From assembly GCA_048939995.1 (NCBI GenBank), contig JBHLOY010000005.1:1-64000 (forward strand): DNA of 64,000 nt. The letters run 5' to 3'. The notes under the pieces are model-generated. The model did not search any database and was not told the DNA's origin. It worked only from the letters and a program-made list of their open reading frames with translations. Positions 58,660-64,000 of this stretch are shown here, in pieces. The first letter of the stretch is position 1, and every line of letters begins with the position of its first letter. The translations under genes were made by a program, and so were the position numbers. The stretch is from Promethearchaeota archaeon. GTDB lineage: Archaea > Asgardarchaeota > Lokiarchaeia > Sigyniarchaeales > SOKP01.

Positions 58660-60576
58660 ATGGAATTCGATTATAAAGAGCTCGGACTGAAGTGTGGCTT
58701 AGAAATTCATCAACAATTAGATACTGAGACAAAGTTATTTTGTCGATGTCCTACTATACTCCAAGGAACAAGAGAGCCAGATTTTACAGTCAAAAGGTAT
58801 ATGAGACCCGTACTGGGAGAGATGGGAACATTTGACAAAGCTATGCTCACAGAATATGAAAAAGGTATGGACATTATTTACGAGGGTTATAATGATGTTA
58901 TTTGCACCTATGAATTAGATGATACCCCTCCTTTTTCATGTAATAATGAAGCTCGAAGGATTGCTCTGCAAATCGCCCTACTATTGAATGCTAACATTAT
59001 TGAAGAAATGCATGTATGTAGGAAAAATTATTTAGATGGAAGCGTTCCGAGTGGCTTTCAGCGGACCATGATTCTTGGAACTGATGGATATATAACATTA
59101 GAAAATGGAAAAAATATTAGAATAGATATATTAAGTCTGGAAGAAGAAGCTGCGAGAAAAATAAAAACTGAAAATAAAACCAACTACTTTCGTTTAGATC
59201 GGTTAGGAATTCCATTGGTTGAAGTAACTACTAAACCAGATATTAGCACTCCTGATGAATGCAAGGAATGTGCGGAACGTATAGGATTATTATTCTGGTC
59301 AACTAATGTTAAAAAGGTTATCGGTTCTATACGTCAAGATGTTAATGTTAGTATTAAATCAGGCACAAGGATAGAAATTAAAGGAGTTCAAAAATTAAGC
59401 TGGATTATCCCTTTAATTAATAATGAAGTTTCTCGTCAGATTAATTTAATTGAAATTAAAAATGAATTAACTAATAGAAAAGTAAATCCTAGTGATATTT
59501 CTAAAGACTTCGTTGATATATCAGAAAAAATGATAAGTATAAAATCTAAGTTTATTCAGAGGGGTTTTAAATCAGCAGAAAGGTTATACGGGATTAATTT
59601 CAAGAATTTTAAGGGAATTTTTGGAAAAGAATTAATGAAAGATTATCGATTTGGAACAGAAGTTAGTAGTAAGGTAAAAGCTATTGCTGGACTTAAAGGG
59701 ATCATTCATTCTGATGAAAATCTCCAAAATTATGGCATTACAGATGATAATGTTGAATTAATTAGAACTTTACTAAATTCAAAAGAAAACGACAGCTTTA
59801 TTTTGTTACTTGGGATTGAGAAAGAAGTGATTAAAGCGCTGGAAGTAATAATTAATCGCATAAAATTCGCTTTTATGGGAGTCCCTCCTGAAACAAGAAG
59901 AGCCTTAGAAGATGGTAAAACCGAATTTCTAAGAGAGCTACATGGTGGAGCAAGGTTATACCCTGATACAGATTCCAAGGCAATAATTAATACATCTCAA
60001 GAAGTCAAAACAATAAAGAAAAATTTACCAGAATACCCTTGGGAAACAATTAAAGAATATTCAACAAACTATAATACAGAAGAACGTATGATAAAAGAAT
60101 TAATTTTTAATGATAAACTAAAGCTGTTTGAAAAATTAATAAAAATCTATCCTGAAAATCCTACAATTTTATTTACAACTCTCTTAGAAACTACTACAGC
60201 TTTAAGAAGAGATGGAAAGAATATAGATTTAATTTTAGACGAAGATTATATCAAAATATTTCAAGAATTAAAAAGTAAGAGTATAGGGAAAGAAGCCATT
60301 GAAGAAATTATGATCACTAAAACAGAAAATCCTAACTTAACCATAAATCAAATTAAAGAAAAGTTAAAAATTGAGAGTATTTCAATTGAAGAATTAAACA
60401 AGATAATACTTAAAATAATTAAAAAGAACATTCAAGTTATAAAAGAAAAGGAAATGAGAGCAATAGGACCCTTAATGGGAGAAATTATGAAGGAAGTTAG
60501 AGGCAAAATCGATGGAGCTATAGTTTCAAAAGAATTAAAAAATCAACTACAAAAAAAGTTAAAGGAGTTGAAATAA
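58660..60576 (+). CDS. gatE: Glu-tRNA(Gln) amidotransferase subunit GatE
   Basis: GLKCGLEIHQQL, DGS.PSGFQRT, LDRLGIPLVE, RQDVNVSI. Confidence 0.97.
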   Translation: MEFDYKELGLKCGLEIHQQLDTETKLFCRCPTILQGTREPDFTVKRYMRPVLGEMGTFDKAMLTEYEKGMDIIYEGYNDVICTYELDDTPPFSCNNEARRIALQIALLLNANIIEEMHVCRKNYLDGSVPSGFQRTMILGTDGYITLENGKNIRIDILSLEEEAARKIKTENKTNYFRLDRLGIPLVEVTTKPDISTPDECKECAERIGLLFWSTNVKKVIGSIRQDVNVSIKSGTRIEIKGVQKLSWIIPLINNEVSRQINLIEIKNELTNRKVNPSDISKDFVDISEKMISIKSKFIQRGFKSAERLYGINFKNFKGIFGKELMKDYRFGTEVSSKVKAIAGLKGIIHSDENLQNYGITDDNVELIRTLLNSKENDSFILLLGIEKEVIKALEVIINRIKFAFMGVPPETRRALEDGKTEFLRELHGGARLYPDTDSKAIINTSQEVKTIKKNLPEYPWETIKEYSTNYNTEERMIKELIFNDKLKLFEKLIKIYPENPTILFTTLLETTTALRRDGKNIDLILDEDYIKIFQELKSKSIGKEAIEEIMITKTENPNLTINQIKEKLKIESISIEELNKIILKIIKKNIQVIKEKEMRAIGPLMGEIMKEVRGKIDGAIVSKELKNQLQKKLKELK

Positions 60577-61944
60577 ATGGAAGATAACTTAAAGGGTTAT
60601 AAAGGAAAAGCTAAAGAATTTCTAAAAAGAAATAAATTAAATATTTGGGATATAGTAAGCTTAAAAACCGAAAAAACTCAATTAGAAGGAATATTGTTAC
60701 CTCGATATGAGCATTCTGCTCCAAATCTAATTGAACTTAAGCTTGAAAATAACTATAATATTGGGATAAATATTAACGAGATCACAGAAATAAGGAAAAT
60801 TGGGAAAAAAGAAGCCCATTATAAAATCCCAGAAAAAAAATTTCCTCATAATAATAAACTACCTAATATTAAAATGTTAGGAACCGGTGGAACTGTGGCA
60901 TCTCGATTAGATTATACCACAGGTGCCGTAATTCCTTCTTTCACACCAGGTGAATTGTTCAGTTCTGTCCCAGAATTAGCAGAAATTTGTAATCTTGAAT
61001 GTGAATCCGTGTTTGAAATATTATCTGAAAATATGAAACCTGAGGATTGGCAAAAATTAGCAGAAAAAATTAAAGAAGCAGCAAATTCAGGCATTGAAGG
61101 AATTATCATCGGTCATGGGACTGATACCATGAGTTTCACAAGTGCAGCATTATCTTTTATGCTAAAAAACTTATCTATTCCAGTAGTCTTAACAGGCAGT
61201 CAAAGAAGCTCAGATCGTCCATCATCTGATGCTGCTTTAAACTTAATTAATGCTGCTACCGTTGCCACATCTGATATTGCAGAAGTGGTTGTTGTAATGT
61301 TGGGTTCACCATCTCACAATTACGGGTTAATTCATAGAGGAACCCTTGTTAGAAAAATGCATTCTTCAGTTAGAGACACTTTTAGAACTATAGATGATAT
61401 TCCTCTAGGGATGGTAAGGAATCGAATTGTGAATATGTTTAAACAAAACTATAATAAGAGAAAAAAGCAAGAAGTCATTGCCCTTACTAAATTTGAAAAG
61501 AAGGTAGCCCTAATTTATTCATATCCAAGCTTAGAACGTGAAGTAATTGATTTCTATATTGATAAAAAATATAAAGGAATTGTATTAGCAGGCACAGGAT
61601 TAGGTCATGTAAGTAATACTCTCTATAAGGCTATTGAAAGAGCCACTCAAGAGGGAATTACGATCTTAATGACAACACAAACCTTACATGGGTTCACTGG
61701 AATGAATGTTTATTCAACAGGTCGAGAATTGCTTCACATAGGTGTAATTCCAGGACGGAATCTTTTACCAGAAACTGGGTATGTAAAACTTGGATGGGTT
61801 TTAGGGCAAACAAGCGAACCAAACGAGATTAAAGAATTATTATTAAAAAATATTGCGGGAGAATTCATAGATAGAGAAATTCCAATCGCCTTTAATTATA
61901 ATATCGACCAACTATTAAAAGATAAAAAACTCTTGCTTCAATAA
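60577..61944 (+). CDS. gatD: Glu-tRNA(Gln) amidotransferase subunit GatD
   Basis: TGGTVASRLDY, HGTDTM, GSQRSSDRPSSD. Confidence 0.97.
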   Translation: MEDNLKGYKGKAKEFLKRNKLNIWDIVSLKTEKTQLEGILLPRYEHSAPNLIELKLENNYNIGININEITEIRKIGKKEAHYKIPEKKFPHNNKLPNIKMLGTGGTVASRLDYTTGAVIPSFTPGELFSSVPELAEICNLECESVFEILSENMKPEDWQKLAEKIKEAANSGIEGIIIGHGTDTMSFTSAALSFMLKNLSIPVVLTGSQRSSDRPSSDAALNLINAATVATSDIAEVVVVMLGSPSHNYGLIHRGTLVRKMHSSVRDTFRTIDDIPLGMVRNRIVNMFKQNYNKRKKQEVIALTKFEKKVALIYSYPSLEREVIDFYIDKKYKGIVLAGTGLGHVSNTLYKAIERATQEGITILMTTQTLHGFTGMNVYSTGRELLHIGVIPGRNLLPETGYVKLGWVLGQTSEPNEIKELLLKNIAGEFIDREIPIAFNYNIDQLLKDKKLLLQ

Positions 61945-62030
61945 ACCTTAATTTTAAAAGTATTGCACAATAAAAAATTTAAGTTAGAAGTATCTTTTTT
62001 TTCTTAATAAATATTTGAGTAGAAAATTCA

Positions 62031-62534
62031 ATGACAGAGCAAGATTTAAGTAAAATGTTCAGTTGTCCTCGCTGTGGAACCATGGGAGCTATTTATGTTT
62101 TAAAAATTGCGGGAGGCAGAATGGTTATTAAACAAAGATGTCCAATTCATGGAGGTCGAAGCTATAACGTTCCTTTAATGCAGAAAGATCTTTTTCTTCC
62201 TTATATTAAAGACGCGGTCTTTCGCTGTTTTAAGTGTGGTCAAGAGGCTAAAGTAGATTACTTAAAAATAAAAGGCCCTTGGACTCTAATTAGATCAAAT
62301 TGTCCGACACACGGAAAAAAATTACCTATCCAGAAAATATGGACTTCTGTCTATAATGAACTTTCAGCTGTAGCTGATCAAAAAATGCCTCCAGATATGG
62401 AACAAAAAGAAATTCCATTAGAAGAAGAAACAACTCCAAGTGAGGAAAAAAAATTCTGTCCCAATTGTGGAGCGCCAATAACTGGAGAAGAGAATTTTTG
62501 TGGCGCCTGTGGTTCAAAATTAGAAAATTTGTAA
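62031..62534 (+). CDS. multi-zinc-finger protein (two CxxC..CPxH units plus a C-terminal zinc ribbon)
   Basis: CPRC..CPIHG; CFKC..CPTHG; FCPNCG..FCGACG. Confidence 0.85.
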   Translation: MTEQDLSKMFSCPRCGTMGAIYVLKIAGGRMVIKQRCPIHGGRSYNVPLMQKDLFLPYIKDAVFRCFKCGQEAKVDYLKIKGPWTLIRSNCPTHGKKLPIQKIWTSVYNELSAVADQKMPPDMEQKEIPLEEETTPSEEKKFCPNCGAPITGEENFCGACGSKLENL

Positions 62535-62661
62535 TTCAATCTAATTTTTTTTTTTCCTAATCGTATCTAAAGATTTAATCCCTTAAAAATCTCTAAAAAT
62601 GAAAAAAAATTTAAACTTTCTTTAATTACAAAAGATTAATTCAATCATATCAGTGATCCTT

Positions 62662-63390
62662 ATGGGGAAACGTATATTAGTGCAAAGAAAAGGACACGGA
62701 AATCTATGGGCACGATCTCCAAGTCACCGACATATTGGTAATGTGAAATACCGCCCATTCAAAGAGAAAGAAAAACTTCGTAAATTTAAAGTGTTAGAAT
62801 TTATTCATTCACCTGGAAGAGGTGCTCCAGTAGCGAAAATTCAATACGACGATGGCCAAAAAGGATTTTGGTTACCTCCTGAAGGAATTTATGAAGGAGA
62901 GGAATTTTTTCAATCAAAAACGGGATATGGTCAAGATGTAAATATAGGAAATATCCTCCCTCTTAAAAAGATTCCACTCGGAACTCTTGTTTTTAATGTT
63001 GAGGGGACTCCAATGGATGGCGGTAAGTTTGCTCGCGCATCGGGCGTTGCGGCTATTGTACAGAACAAATCAAAAAGTAAAGTTCAGCTACTATTCCGTT
63101 CCAAGAAAAGCAAATGGTTTAATGAAAATTGTTATTGTACAGTCGGAGTTGTTGCTGGCGGTGGAAGAACTGATAAACCATTCCTGAAAGCAGGAAATAA
63201 ATTTCACTCCTTAAAGTCTAAAGCAGCTAAATGGCCTGTAGTTCGCGGTTCTGCCATGAACGCTAGCGATCATCCTTTTGGCGGCGGACGTCATAAACAT
63301 CCTCACATTTCTACGACCACTTCTCGAAATGCTCCACCCGGAAGGAAAGTTGGATTAATTGCAGCTCGACGTACCGGATATAGAAAATAA
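62662..63390 (+). CDS. rpl2: 50S ribosomal protein uL2
   Basis: MGKRILVQRKG, PGRGAP, GGKFARASG, WPVVRG.AMN..DHPFGGG. Confidence 0.98.
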   Translation: MGKRILVQRKGHGNLWARSPSHRHIGNVKYRPFKEKEKLRKFKVLEFIHSPGRGAPVAKIQYDDGQKGFWLPPEGIYEGEEFFQSKTGYGQDVNIGNILPLKKIPLGTLVFNVEGTPMDGGKFARASGVAAIVQNKSKSKVQLLFRSKKSKWFNENCYCTVGVVAGGGRTDKPFLKAGNKFHSLKSKAAKWPVVRGSAMNASDHPFGGGRHKHPHISTTTSRNAPPGRKVGLIAARRTGYRK

Positions 63391-63397
63391 TAATTAT

Positions 63398-64000
63398 TTA
63401 TTTTTGTAAATTTAACTTCATAGACTTATTTTCTAGTATCCATTTAAGAATTATCCCAAAAATTAATGATTCTTGACCTTCCATACTATGACCGCAATTT
63501 CGTAATAAGATAGCATGTTCATCTGGGATTCCCGATTGGATCTTATTTAATTGAAATGTTAGTGAAGGTGGAAAAATGTTATCGTCTTCACCATGAATAA
63601 GATAAACACGATCCTTATTAAATTCGGGATCATTTTTCAAGTAATAGTGTGCACACAATTTTAATGCTTTTTCATCTTTCACCTTCGACATTACACGCCT
63701 CACGAACCATCCGGAGGAGAGAAACGGAAATTTTCCCCCAACTAGAATTTCAACGTCATGTAAAGCACTAATCCCAATAACCATCGCAACACGTTCATCT
63801 TGATAGCATTTTGTTAATACAGAAGTCCCTCCCATTGACTTTCCTATACAACATAAAGATCCTTTCCTAACATCTTCAAAAGAGCAGACTAAATTTATAA
63901 TAATATCAACATCAGTATACAATTTATACCACTCTGATTTATTTCCACCAGCTTCTCCATGCCCTCTTTGATCAAAAGCAATAGTAACATAACCCATATG
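63398..64000 (-). CDS. alpha/beta hydrolase, 5' part beyond the window
   Basis: DQRGHG, GKSMGG nucleophile, IHGEDD, CGH. Confidence 0.9.
   Translation of the reverse strand, partial: HMGYVTIAFDQRGHGEAGGNKSEWYKLYTDVDIIINLVCSFEDVRKGSLCCIGKSMGGTSVLTKCYQDERVAMVIGISALHDVEILVGGKFPFLSSGWFVRRVMSKVKDEKALKLCAHYYLKNDPEFNKDRVYLIHGEDDNIFPPSLTFQLNKIQSGIPDEHAILLRNCGHSMEGQESLIFGIILKWILENKSMKLNLQK

Noticed and set aside
1-64000. CRISPR arrays, IS elements, integrases, inteins, rRNA
   Set aside because: No periodic repeats, transposase or integrase motifs, oversize insertions in DP2/RpoB/RtcB, or long GC-rich RNA genes seen

Overview
AT-rich archaeal chromosomal segment, most likely an Asgard archaeon (Lokiarchaeia-like). 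Basis: unsplit Rpo2, Elf1, Elp3, GatDE, PolD, CarS, plus eukaryotic-signature proteins (roadblock-Rab fusion, longin, OST5-like). It is mostly housekeeping genes and three tRNA genes. I found no mobile elements, CRISPR arrays or rRNA. Main observations not in the ORF track: (1) a 30-nt bulge-helix-bulge (tRNA-type) intron with an in-frame TAG (22763-22792, minus) interrupting a longin/winged-helix protein gene, directly upstream of rtcB and archease; (2) two tRNA genes with homologous 31-nt BHB introns at T-loop position 59/60, one with a second 29-nt insertion; (3) an unannotated 50-aa WH2-motif microprotein (27327-27479) near a BAR-like gene and a polyproline protein with WAVE/VASP-like features, together a candidate actin-regulation and membrane-remodelling module; (4) an uncharacterised 8-gene operon with winged-helix proteins, an AAA+ ATPase and a degenerate SMC-like protein; (5) an AN1-rhomboid pseudoprotease, an AN1-S2P protease and a LITAF-like protein in a cluster, with evidence for AUU/ACG start codons. 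All family assignments come from motif recognition by eye; no searches were run, and eukaryotic reference sequences are quoted from memory.
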